In this document: piece after piece, positions 28,011 through 36,220 of the stretch
Layout: every line of letters begins with the position of its first letter
How positions within the stretch are numbered: the first letter of the stretch is position 1
Source: Luminiphilus sp.
GTDB taxonomy: Bacteria; Pseudomonadota; Gammaproteobacteria; Pseudomonadales; Halieaceae
Direction: 5' to 3'
Assembly (NCBI GenBank): GCA_965655685.1
Contig: CBFHHL010000118.1
Location: 16,696-80,695 of the forward strand
Length of the DNA stretch: 64,000 nucleotides
The notes under the pieces: generated by a model
The model's input: only the letters and a program-made list of their open reading frames with translations
Told to the model about the DNA's origin: nothing
Databases searched by the model: none
Program-made: the position numbers and the translations under genes

Positions 28011-29171
28011 ATGGATTTTGAATTAAGCGAAGAGCAGCGGGCGTATGCGGCGAGCGCTAGAGAGTTTGCGCAGTCGGAGTTTCGTCCTCATGCCGCGCAA
28101 TGGGACGAGGAGTCGACCTTTCCAAAAGCCGCGCTCAAAGCCGCGGGTGATCTTGGCTTTATGGGTATGTACACGCCAGAGCAAGCCGGCGGCCTTGGGA
28201 TGTCACGACTCGATGCGAGCTTGATCGTGGAGGAACTGGCACGTGGATGCACAACAACTGCAGCCTTTCTGACCATTCACAATATGGCGACGGCGATGAT
28301 CGGGAAGTACTGTCAGCAGTCGGTGATCGATGAATGGTGTCCTGCGCTCGTCGCTGGTGAGAAGCTTGCGTCTTACTGTTTGACCGAGCCCGGAGCGGGG
28401 TCTGACGCTGCATCGCTGAGAACATCGGCAAAGCGAGATGGCGATGTGTATCGCCTCTCGGGAAGCAAGGTTTTTATCTCGGGTGCAGGGGATACCGATG
28501 TGCTGGTGGTGATGGCACGAACCGGTGATTCAGGTGCACGGGGCATCACCGCTTTTTTGGTGCCAGCCGACCTGGACGGTATCAGCTACGGTAAGAAAGA
28601 GCACAAGATGGGTTGGAATGCGCAGCCCACCCGCCAAATCAGTTTCGATGATGTTCGTGTCCCAGCCGTTAATCGTTTGGGCGAAGAGGGGCAGGGGTTC
28701 TCCATCGCTATGGAAGGCCTCGACGGGGGTCGGATAAATATTGCGACGTGCTCAGTAGGCACAGCTCAGCAGGCCATTGTCGATGCCACAGCTTACGTGC
28801 AGGATCGCAAACAGTTCGATTCAACGATTGCAGGGTTTCAGCACACGCAGTTCCAGATTGCTGACATGCTTACCGAGTTAGTCGCAGCGCGCCAGATGAT
28901 TCGTTTGGCAGCCAGCAAGCTCGATAACAAAGACACGAGTGCGCCAACTTACTGCGCTATGGCCAAACGCTTTGCAACCGATGCGGGATTCAAGATCTGT
29001 AACGACGCACTGCAGTTATTCGGCGGCTACGGTTATATCCGTGAGTACCCGATGGAGCGTTATGTTCGCGATACGCGCGTGCACCAGATTCTAGAGGGGA
29101 CCAACGAAATAATGCGAGTCATCATTTCAAGACAAGCGCTGATGGATGGCGCGCTGGAGGTTATTCAATGA
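28011..29171 (+). CDS. Acyl-CoA dehydrogenase (isobutyryl-CoA dehydrogenase-like)
   Basis: MDFELSEEQ start. CLTEPGAGSDA, the G.NEI-type motif in QILEGTNEIMRVIISR, and the operon context with HIBCH and mmsB support the call. Confidence 0.85.
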   Translation: MDFELSEEQRAYAASAREFAQSEFRPHAAQWDEESTFPKAALKAAGDLGFMGMYTPEQAGGLGMSRLDASLIVEELARGCTTTAAFLTIHNMATAMIGKYCQQSVIDEWCPALVAGEKLASYCLTEPGAGSDAASLRTSAKRDGDVYRLSGSKVFISGAGDTDVLVVMARTGDSGARGITAFLVPADLDGISYGKKEHKMGWNAQPTRQISFDDVRVPAVNRLGEEGQGFSIAMEGLDGGRINIATCSVGTAQQAIVDATAYVQDRKQFDSTIAGFQHTQFQIADMLTELVAARQMIRLAASKLDNKDTSAPTYCAMAKRFATDAGFKICNDALQLFGGYGYIREYPMERYVRDTRVHQILEGTNEIMRVIISRQALMDGALEVIQ

Positions 29172-29956
29172 GTGTCAGTCCAAGTGAGAAGGTGTTGGTA
29201 TCCATTGAGGATGGCATTGCCACACTTACCATTAACAACCCAGCCGCCAATACTTGGGATCTCGAGAGCCTTCCTGCACTTGAGGCGGTTGTGAACGCCC
29301 TTAACGCTATGGCTGACGTCCGCGCGCTGGTCATAACGGGTCAAGGGGAGAAGTTTTTCTCAGCGGGTGCCGATTTGAACCAGTTCGCCAGTGGTGACCC
29401 TGTTGCCGCAGGTGCCATGGGTAATGCATTTGGCGCCGCGTTCGAGACGCTCGCGGATTACCGCGGTGTGTCAATCGCGGCGATCAATGGTTACGCCATG
29501 GGTGGTGGTTTGGAGGTGGCACTGGCGTGTGATATTCGCATCGCTGAGTCACATGCGGCCCTCGCTCTACCCGAAGCCCGCGTAGGTTTGCTTCCCTGTG
29601 CAGGCGGCACGCAGCGACTGGCTCAGCTCATTGGTGAGGGATGGGCGAAGCGCATGATTCTTTGTGGAGAACGTGTGTCTGCAGACAAAGCCTTGGCACT
29701 CGGCCTTGTTGAGGAAGTCGTCGAACAGGGAGCGTCGCTGTCAGCTGCAATTGATTTGGCAAAACGAGCGGCGGATCAAAGTCCAACATCGATCGCCGCC
29801 TGTAAAAGGCTTATTCATTCGGCGCGCGACCTTGCGATTGGCGCTGGATTGGTGGCAGAGCGTGACGAGTTCGTTGCGCTTTTTTCAACGGAAGATCAAA
29901 AAGAGGGCGTCAATGCCTTCTTAGAAAAACGAACACCAGAGTGGAAAAACCGATGA
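29168..29956 (+). CDS. Enoyl-CoA hydratase (crotonase family)
   Basis: 262 aa. FSAGADL and INGYAMGGGLEVALACDIRIA are present. ATGA overlaps occur at both ends. Confidence 0.85.
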   Translation: MSVSPSEKVLVSIEDGIATLTINNPAANTWDLESLPALEAVVNALNAMADVRALVITGQGEKFFSAGADLNQFASGDPVAAGAMGNAFGAAFETLADYRGVSIAAINGYAMGGGLEVALACDIRIAESHAALALPEARVGLLPCAGGTQRLAQLIGEGWAKRMILCGERVSADKALALGLVEEVVEQGASLSAAIDLAKRAADQSPTSIAACKRLIHSARDLAIGAGLVAERDEFVALFSTEDQKEGVNAFLEKRTPEWKNR

Positions 29957-31059
29957 GCGAAGAAGTAGTAAAAGTGTCAACCCTAGGTGAGGGAGATCGC
30001 CGCGTAGGTCGTTTAACCCTTAACGTGCCTCGGATCCTTAACTCGCTCGACGCTGAGATGATCGAAATCATGCTTGGTAAGCTTCTTGAGTGGGCTGAAG
30101 ACGATTCGATTGCCGCGGTTTATATCGATGGTGAGGGCGAGAAAGCGTTCTGTGCCGGCGGCGATGTTCACGAGCTGCGCCGGTCCTCGATCGAAAATCC
30201 TGGTGGCCCCTGCACTTACGCGGAGAACTTTTTCGCGCGCGAGTATCAGATGAATTATGTCTTGTTCACTTACCCCAAGCCCGTTATTTGCTGGGGTCAT
30301 GGTGTTGTCATGGGCGGCGGTATGGGCGTCATGGCGGGCTGCAGTCACCGAGTTGTCAGCGAGCGAACACGCATCGGCATGCCTGAAATCACCATCGCCT
30401 TATTCCCTGATGTTGGCGGTAGCTATTTTCTTAACCGAACGCCGGGCATGGTTGGTCGCTTCTTGTCACTCACGTCTGCGCACATTAATGCAGCGGATGC
30501 ACTTTTCGCCAATCTCGGTGATGTCTTCCTCGCGCATGAGCAACGCCACGATGTAATGGCTGCACTTGCGGCCGCAGATTGGACGACAGACCCCAAGGCT
30601 AATGCCGCGATTGTTGACAGTATCTTGGGAATGGCGCCTACAGCAGATATGCCCGCAGGCGTGGTTGGGCCGTTAATGCCTGAGATAGATGCACTTATGG
30701 CGGGCGATGACCTAGGCGAAATTTCCAACCGGCTACTCGCCTATGACGGTGATAATGCGTGGCTACAAAAGGCGCGAGATGGGTTCGCTCACGGTTCTAA
30801 ACTTGCGGCTGCGTGGATCTTCCGTCAGCTCAATGAGTCGGTGAACTACTCGCTTAAAGAAGTGTTTGATACAGAGCTGAGATTGGGCGCAAACATCATG
30901 CGAGACCCTGAGTTCGCCGAGGGCGTGCGAGCGCTATTGGTCGACAAAGACAGACAGCCCAAGTGGCAATACCCGTCAGTACAGGACGTTCCGACAGATG
31001 TGCTTGATTCTTTTTTCAAGGAGCCAGAGGGTGCTCCGAATATGCATTACCCGTGGTAG
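29953..31059 (+). CDS. 3-hydroxyisobutyryl-CoA hydrolase (crotonase family)
   Basis: FCAGGDV, WGHGVVMGGGMGV..GCSHRVVSERTRIGMPEITIALFPDVGGSYFL and a long C-terminal domain are typical of HIBCH. The start is taken at ATG 29953 (MSEEVV). Confidence 0.8.
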   Translation: MSEEVVKVSTLGEGDRRVGRLTLNVPRILNSLDAEMIEIMLGKLLEWAEDDSIAAVYIDGEGEKAFCAGGDVHELRRSSIENPGGPCTYAENFFAREYQMNYVLFTYPKPVICWGHGVVMGGGMGVMAGCSHRVVSERTRIGMPEITIALFPDVGGSYFLNRTPGMVGRFLSLTSAHINAADALFANLGDVFLAHEQRHDVMAALAAADWTTDPKANAAIVDSILGMAPTADMPAGVVGPLMPEIDALMAGDDLGEISNRLLAYDGDNAWLQKARDGFAHGSKLAAAWIFRQLNESVNYSLKEVFDTELRLGANIMRDPEFAEGVRALLVDKDRQPKWQYPSVQDVPTDVLDSFFKEPEGAPNMHYPW

Positions 31060-31095
31060 TAAATACACGCTAACTAAATACAGATTGGGGGCATC

Positions 31096-31995
31096 ATGCC
31101 AAGAATCGCTTTTATAGGCCTTGGAAATATGGGCGGGCCAATGGCTAAAAACTTGCTGAAAGCAGGTTGGTCGGTATCGGCGTTTGATCTCTCCGAAGCG
31201 GCACTTACTGAGGTCGCGGCAGCGGGTGCAATGGCGGCTACATCGGCAGTTAATTCGGCTTCTGGTGCTGACGTTGTCTTCTCGATGCTGCCGGCAGGTA
31301 AGCACGTTAAGTCAGTCATGATGGGTGATGAAGGCGTCTTCGGAACCCTCCCGGCGGGTACGCTTGTGCTCGATGCAAGTACTATCGACGCGGCTACAGC
31401 CCGCGAGCTTCATTTGGCTGCGCGAGCTGCAGATCTTGCCTTTATGGATACACCGGTCTCAGGCGGAGTGGCGGCGGCTCAGGCGGGTACTCTTGCGTTC
31501 ATGTGTGGTGGCACTGCCGAGGCTTTCGCAAGGGCGAAAGACGTACTTAAGGGTATGGGTAATGAGGAGAAAATCTTCCACGCAGGACCCGATGGCGCTG
31601 GCCAGGTAGCAAAAGCTGCCAATAATATGTTGCTAGCGATTCATATGATTGGCACTTGCGAGGCACTGGCAATTGGTGCGGCAAACGGTCTTGACCCTGC
31701 CGTGCAATCCGAGATTATGAAAGCAAGCTCGGGCAATAACTGGTCTTTGCAGGTCTACAACCCCTGGCCGGGCGTCATGGACGGTGCCCCTGCGAGCAAT
31801 GAGTATAAACCCGGATTTATGGTCGATCTCATGGCTAAGGATTTGGGTTTAGCAAATGAACTCGCGGAGCAGTCAGGAATTGGCGCCGACTTTGGAAAGC
31901 GTGCTGGTGATGTCTACCGGTCTTTGCAAGAGCAAGGCTTGGGGCGAGAAGACTTCTCCGTTGTAATGAAGTCTCTGAGAGAGCCGTTAAGTTAA
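31096..31995 (+). CDS. mmsB: 3-hydroxyisobutyrate dehydrogenase
   Basis: 299 aa. IAFIGLGNMGGPMAKNL, DTPVSGG and GAGQVAKAANNM are present, in a valine-degradation operon context. Confidence 0.85.
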   Translation: MPRIAFIGLGNMGGPMAKNLLKAGWSVSAFDLSEAALTEVAAAGAMAATSAVNSASGADVVFSMLPAGKHVKSVMMGDEGVFGTLPAGTLVLDASTIDAATARELHLAARAADLAFMDTPVSGGVAAAQAGTLAFMCGGTAEAFARAKDVLKGMGNEEKIFHAGPDGAGQVAKAANNMLLAIHMIGTCEALAIGAANGLDPAVQSEIMKASSGNNWSLQVYNPWPGVMDGAPASNEYKPGFMVDLMAKDLGLANELAEQSGIGADFGKRAGDVYRSLQEQGLGREDFSVVMKSLREPLS

Positions 31996-32471
31996 AGAAC
32001 TTTTTCACCGCTGGCCAATAGCGGTGCAGCATCGAGCTCGTCGGCGTCCATCATTGCTGCAATGCGCTCTAGAGCAGCCACAATCGAATGTTGCTCCCAT
32101 GTTTCCAGCTTACTAAATTTCGCGACAAAGCTGTCTTGCAGAGGCTTGGGGGCAGAGGCTCTCAACGTTTGTCCCTCCTCGGTAAGCGTTACTATGACTC
32201 TGCGTCTGTCCACTAAGGAGCGAGCTCGGTTGACCAAGCCATTGCGCTCCAGCCGATTTAGGATGGTGGTAACGGTCGCAAGGCTCAGACTCACCGCCTT
32301 GGCGATGTCTGACACTGTTGGGTCTTCCAAGCGACCCACGGCTTGAATAATGACGAGCTGAGGCGTTGTAAGGCCGGTTTGCTTGCCCAATTTTCGTGAA
32401 TGTAAGTCCGTTGCTCGAATGATGCGTCGTAATGCAACGAGCACGTGATCTGGGAGTTCTGCCGTAGACAT
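31992..32471 (-). CDS. MarR-family transcriptional regulator
   Basis: 159 aa. Winged-HTH region LTTPQLVIIQAVGRLEDPTVSDIAKAVSLSLATVTTILNRLERNGLVNRARS..DRR. Its stop overlaps the mmsB stop by 4 bp (convergent). Confidence 0.85.
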   Translation of the reverse strand: MSTAELPDHVLVALRRIIRATDLHSRKLGKQTGLTTPQLVIIQAVGRLEDPTVSDIAKAVSLSLATVTTILNRLERNGLVNRARSLVDRRRVIVTLTEEGQTLRASAPKPLQDSFVAKFSKLETWEQHSIVAALERIAAMMDADELDAAPLLASGEKVL

Positions 32472-32540
32472 ACGGACCTGCTGTTAACATGGATAAGCGA
32501 GTGAATATGATAATACTTTGAGCCCAAAGCATTCAATTGT

Positions 32541-32553
32541 AATATGTCATATT
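32541..32553. promoter_or_regulatory. 13-bp perfect palindrome overlapping the hydroxylase start codon (candidate MarR operator)
   Basis: AATATG-T-CATATT at 32541-32553 contains ATG 32544. A related AATATGA occurs at 32504-32510 in the same 72-bp MarR/hydroxylase divergent intergenic region. Confidence 0.3.
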
Positions 32554-33548
32554 CGGATCAAATGTGGCGTAATTCACACATGGAATTTGACCAGCCATTT
32601 TTGCGACTACCCTGGCGTTTTGATGCTGAAGCGCTCAGTAATGAGGTCACAGGTCTCTCTGACGATGATTGGCTGGCGCATCCATCTGGTTTGCCGGGCA
32701 ACTCAGCAGTACCGCTTGTTTCGGTTAACGGTGAAATGAATCACGCTTTTGATGGTGCTATGAAGGCGACGAGGGTTCTGAGTTCTTCGGTTTATTTAAA
32801 CCAAACGGTTGCGTCATTTAACGAGGTTGTCGCTCGGTCCCGGCTCATGCGCCTTGAGCCTGGCGCAGAGGTAGCCGAGCATGTCGACTTTAATTATCAC
32901 TGGGTGAGCCGCGTTCGCATCCATGTGCCGATAATCACTGACCCTGGTGTGGTCTTTTACTGTGGTGATGAGTCAGTGCATATGGGCGCCGGAGAGAGCT
33001 GGTTGTTCGATTCTTGGCGGCGTCACCGTGTCGTCAACGCAAGCAATGTGAGGCGCGTGCACCTTGTTATTGATCTTGCTGGCTCCTCGCGCTTCTGGCA
33101 AACCGTCCGACAAGCGGAAACGATGTCACCTATTGATATCTTTCCTGGTGTGGCAGAGCGACTTCCCTTGCGCACGGAACAATTCCCAGTAGCGCCAGTT
33201 ATGGCTCCTGGTGAAATGCTGGCGATCGTCGAGCAGGTGTTACAAGACTGCGAGGCAAACCCTGAAAATGATACCAACATCATGCGTCAGTACCGCCACT
33301 TGCTGCTCGATCTTGTGCACGACTGGCGAGAGATTTGGAGCCTTCACGGATTTACGGAAGCGGCGTTCCCACAATTCCGGCAAGTGCTGGAACGCACGGC
33401 TGCCCAGCTACTACCCCAGCCACGCGTCTTGGTGACCGCGTCCAACAGCGTTGGCATCAACCCCATTATTAACCAGCGTATTCTCGCAGCAGCCTTGCGG
33501 CCAAGGCGGGTTGCCGAGTTCAGTCCGGGTCGTAGTCCAGCAGTCTGA
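32544..33548 (+). CDS. Aspartyl/asparaginyl beta-hydroxylase-family Fe(II)/2-oxoglutarate oxygenase, soluble
   Basis: 334 aa. The cupin-like core carries the HxD (AEHVDF) and distal His (WRRHRVVN) arrangement typical of the AspH/LpxO family. No TM or signal peptide, and an approx 130-aa C-terminal extension. The start is uncertain (no clear Shine-Dalgarno). Confidence 0.65.
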   Translation: MSYSDQMWRNSHMEFDQPFLRLPWRFDAEALSNEVTGLSDDDWLAHPSGLPGNSAVPLVSVNGEMNHAFDGAMKATRVLSSSVYLNQTVASFNEVVARSRLMRLEPGAEVAEHVDFNYHWVSRVRIHVPIITDPGVVFYCGDESVHMGAGESWLFDSWRRHRVVNASNVRRVHLVIDLAGSSRFWQTVRQAETMSPIDIFPGVAERLPLRTEQFPVAPVMAPGEMLAIVEQVLQDCEANPENDTNIMRQYRHLLLDLVHDWREIWSLHGFTEAAFPQFRQVLERTAAQLLPQPRVLVTASNSVGINPIINQRILAAALRPRRVAEFSPGRSPAV

Positions 33549-34146
33549 AGTCTGCCTCGTAAAAGTCTTTTAGTTCTTCGATAAACTGGGGCGAACCGGT
33601 TAGGCGCGGCTTCTGATTTTGCGTCACGTTCCTTCGAGCGAGCATTGCGGAGGGGGCGTTCAAATGCCCTAAGACGACATTCAGATCCGTTTGCAGTGTT
33701 TCGTATCGGCCAATCCACGTCATCGCTAGTTTCCCGTTAGTATCGGTCAACATCTCTGTCTGGGGCCGAATAAGGACTCGACTCCGAAATTGGGGGCGCG
33801 AAAATGCGCGTTGCGTCCAGCCGACGGGATCGCGGTCGTAGCTTGGGTCTGTTCGTGCGAGAAAGGCGCAAGCCGACATGAATCGATCGATTGGGTGACG
33901 AACAAAAGTAAAGCAGTGCATTTCCCGCAACGTTTCCTCGCCTACCACAGAGGCCAATTGTGTGAAGGAGATGTGGCCGTGCCCAATCTCTGCCAGCTGA
34001 GTAATCGGGCTCAGCATGTGCCCAGTTAGTAACTGTTGCTCCCAATCATGCCCAGTGAGCAGTGGGCGGAGTTGTTCTCGGATCGCGTGAGTCCCTGTTT
34101 TTGGAACGGCAAAAAAAACGAACTTTTTGCTCGATGAGAAAATCAT
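33520..34146 (-). CDS. Sulfotransferase (family-2-like, small, cytoplasmic)
   Basis: 208 aa. FFAVPKTGTHAIREQL (PAPS 5'-PSB loop) and FVRHPIDRFMSA (3'-PB motif) are present. Its ATG overlaps the stop of the upstream TPR-sulfotransferase (ATGA). Confidence 0.65.
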   Translation of the reverse strand: MIFSSSKKFVFFAVPKTGTHAIREQLRPLLTGHDWEQQLLTGHMLSPITQLAEIGHGHISFTQLASVVGEETLREMHCFTFVRHPIDRFMSACAFLARTDPSYDRDPVGWTQRAFSRPQFRSRVLIRPQTEMLTDTNGKLAMTWIGRYETLQTDLNVVLGHLNAPSAMLARRNVTQNQKPRLTGSPQFIEELKDFYEADFRLLDYDPD

Positions 34147-36149
34147 GCAGGTGGCGTTATTCCGTAGGCATCGAGAATCTCGGACCCGAGCGCTTGCTTC
34201 AGAGGGTCTAGGTGAGACTCGAAGTTACACCATTGGTCGACACCCGATTTATTGATCGGCTGTCGCACCTGTTCCGCACTTGGCGTTCTTACAGTGCGCT
34301 TAGTTTTATGAAACTCGACGCAGGACTCCTCGAAATCTAATCCACAAAAATCGAGCATTCGACGCACCTGCCCTTCGAGGTCAGCAATGACGTCCTCGTG
34401 CTGAACTCGGAGAACAAAACCAGGTAAGACCTCGTCCCAGTGATTCATTAAATCAACATACTGGCGATAGTAATTCCCGATTTCCTCAAGCCCGTACGAA
34501 AACTCTTGGCCCTCACCAAACAACTGCTTGTAACCACTAAAACAGCAGGCCATGGGATGACGTCGCGCGTCGATTACCTTTGCGTTCGGAAGGATCAGCT
34601 TGATGAGACCGATATGGAAGAAGTTATTGGGCATCTTGTCGATGAAATACGGTGCGGTTCCGCGGTACGCGCGCGTATCTTCAATAAATTGCTGACCGAA
34701 TTGCGCGAATCGCTCGCTCGGTAGTTCTCCCAGGATGCGCGGATAGCGAGGGCTAGGATCGCTCGCTTTATCTCGGCCTCGTAAACGCTTTGCGAGGTCA
34801 AGAATGTCATGCAGTTCCATCGTGCCATCGACTTTCGAGTGCGATGCAAGAATTTGTTCAAGTAGTGTCGATCCTGCACGGGGCAAGCCCAAGATGAAGA
34901 TCGGGTCGGGTGCGTCGTGTCCCACGTCGTTTAGACGCTCGAATAGCTCGGCAGTACAAACTTCGAGCTGCGTCGAAATTCGAATATCGAGCTGCTCCTT
35001 ACTGTGATTAGAGGTCTCGCGCTTTAAGGTATTGCCTGCTTGGTAATGCCTAAAGGCGGTGTCGTAATCTTTACTGTCCTCGTATGCCTTACCTAATGCA
35101 AAGTGCATCTGTGTTTTGTCAAGCTGTGGCGTAGAGGGCGCGTTGACGCGATCCGTCATCGCGGCCAACTCTTCCTCTGTAAAGCGATAGGACTTGGTAT
35201 TTGCCAGGCTCCAGAATGCATCGCCAAAATCAGGTTTTAAGCCATAGGCTTGTTTGAATAAATCGACCGCTTTGGGAGATTCGCCTGTGGCGTTGTAGAT
35301 GTGCGCCAGCGATACCCGCAGTTGCGGGTCATTCGGAGAAACCCGAATCATGTCTTGGTAAGTTTTAATGGCTTGTTCGTTTTCACCGACACCAAAACAT
35401 ACGGACGCGTAAAGCGCTTGTACTTGAGTCGATGGGGTCATGTTCCTCTGGTAGATTGCCTTCACACGCTTATAAGCTTTGTGAAACCGCTGCCGTCTTA
35501 GAAGCACGTGTGCCAGCTGAATCTCGGCTTCGACATGGTCAGGCGCCAGCTCCATAACGGTTTCCAGCAAAAACTCTGCATCATCGAATACGCCGGTGCG
35601 CGTTGCAATCTCGGCCATTAGCCGCATACCTTCGACGTGCGTTTTGTTTTGCTGCATAAAGTAGCGACATAAGCGCTCAGCATCACCTAATCGGTTGGCC
35701 GCTAGGTAGCTGATAACAGTTCGCAGTTCATTTGGGAGTGACGCCAAAAACTCAACTTGCTTGGACGCTTGCTCGGCCTGCGAATCGCCCTGACGTCGAT
35801 AAGCCATTGCCAAAAACTTCCAAGACTCGATGAGAGAACCGTCCAGCTCGACGGCCTGCTCGAACGCGCTTATCGCCGCAGGTTCTTGTTTAAGCGCTAA
35901 CTCACAAAGGCCCAGTTCTTGGAAGCCACGGCCAAAGTCTGGCTTTTCTTTGACAAGCGCTCTTAGCAGCGTTTTGGCGTTGTCGACTCGTCCTTCTGCA
36001 CGATTCAGTACTGCAAGGGTGTACCTAGCTTCAAAGTTCTCAGGCTCCGCCTTTAAGACCTCGTCGAGTAGCGCCCTCGATTCATCGAACGCACGCTTGC
36101 TCATGGCCATCCGGGCTTTTTGTATGGATTCTGCAATCACCTGAGTCAC
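34143..36149 (-). CDS. Cytoplasmic TPR-repeat sulfotransferase (module B), paralogue of 25421-26983
   Basis: The N-terminal approx 400 aa are TPR-like. The C-terminal domain has GLPRAGSTLLEQILASH and ARRHPMACCFSGYKQLF. I trim the ORF-track start (TTG 36182) because it lies inside the terminator hairpin of the upstream gene. GTG 36149, GTG 36140 or ATG 36110 are possible starts. Confidence 0.8.
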   Translation of the reverse strand: MTQVIAESIQKARMAMSKRAFDESRALLDEVLKAEPENFEARYTLAVLNRAEGRVDNAKTLLRALVKEKPDFGRGFQELGLCELALKQEPAAISAFEQAVELDGSLIESWKFLAMAYRRQGDSQAEQASKQVEFLASLPNELRTVISYLAANRLGDAERLCRYFMQQNKTHVEGMRLMAEIATRTGVFDDAEFLLETVMELAPDHVEAEIQLAHVLLRRQRFHKAYKRVKAIYQRNMTPSTQVQALYASVCFGVGENEQAIKTYQDMIRVSPNDPQLRVSLAHIYNATGESPKAVDLFKQAYGLKPDFGDAFWSLANTKSYRFTEEELAAMTDRVNAPSTPQLDKTQMHFALGKAYEDSKDYDTAFRHYQAGNTLKRETSNHSKEQLDIRISTQLEVCTAELFERLNDVGHDAPDPIFILGLPRAGSTLLEQILASHSKVDGTMELHDILDLAKRLRGRDKASDPSPRYPRILGELPSERFAQFGQQFIEDTRAYRGTAPYFIDKMPNNFFHIGLIKLILPNAKVIDARRHPMACCFSGYKQLFGEGQEFSYGLEEIGNYYRQYVDLMNHWDEVLPGFVLRVQHEDVIADLEGQVRRMLDFCGLDFEESCVEFHKTKRTVRTPSAEQVRQPINKSGVDQWCNFESHLDPLKQALGSEILDAYGITPPA

Positions 36150-36162
36150 GTCTTTCTTTAGG

Positions 36163-36192
36163 AAATAAAAAAGGGCGGACAATTGTCCGCCC
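36163..36192 (-). terminator. Rho-independent terminator of the module-B TonB-dependent receptor gene
   Basis: The minus strand reads GGGCGGACAATTGTCCGCCC (perfect 8-bp stem with a 4-nt loop, 36173-36192) followed by TTTTTTATTTCC. It lies 29 nt after the receptor stop. Confidence 0.85.
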
Positions 36193-36220
36193 TTTGAGGT
36201 TACTACGCTTCGCTATCTAA

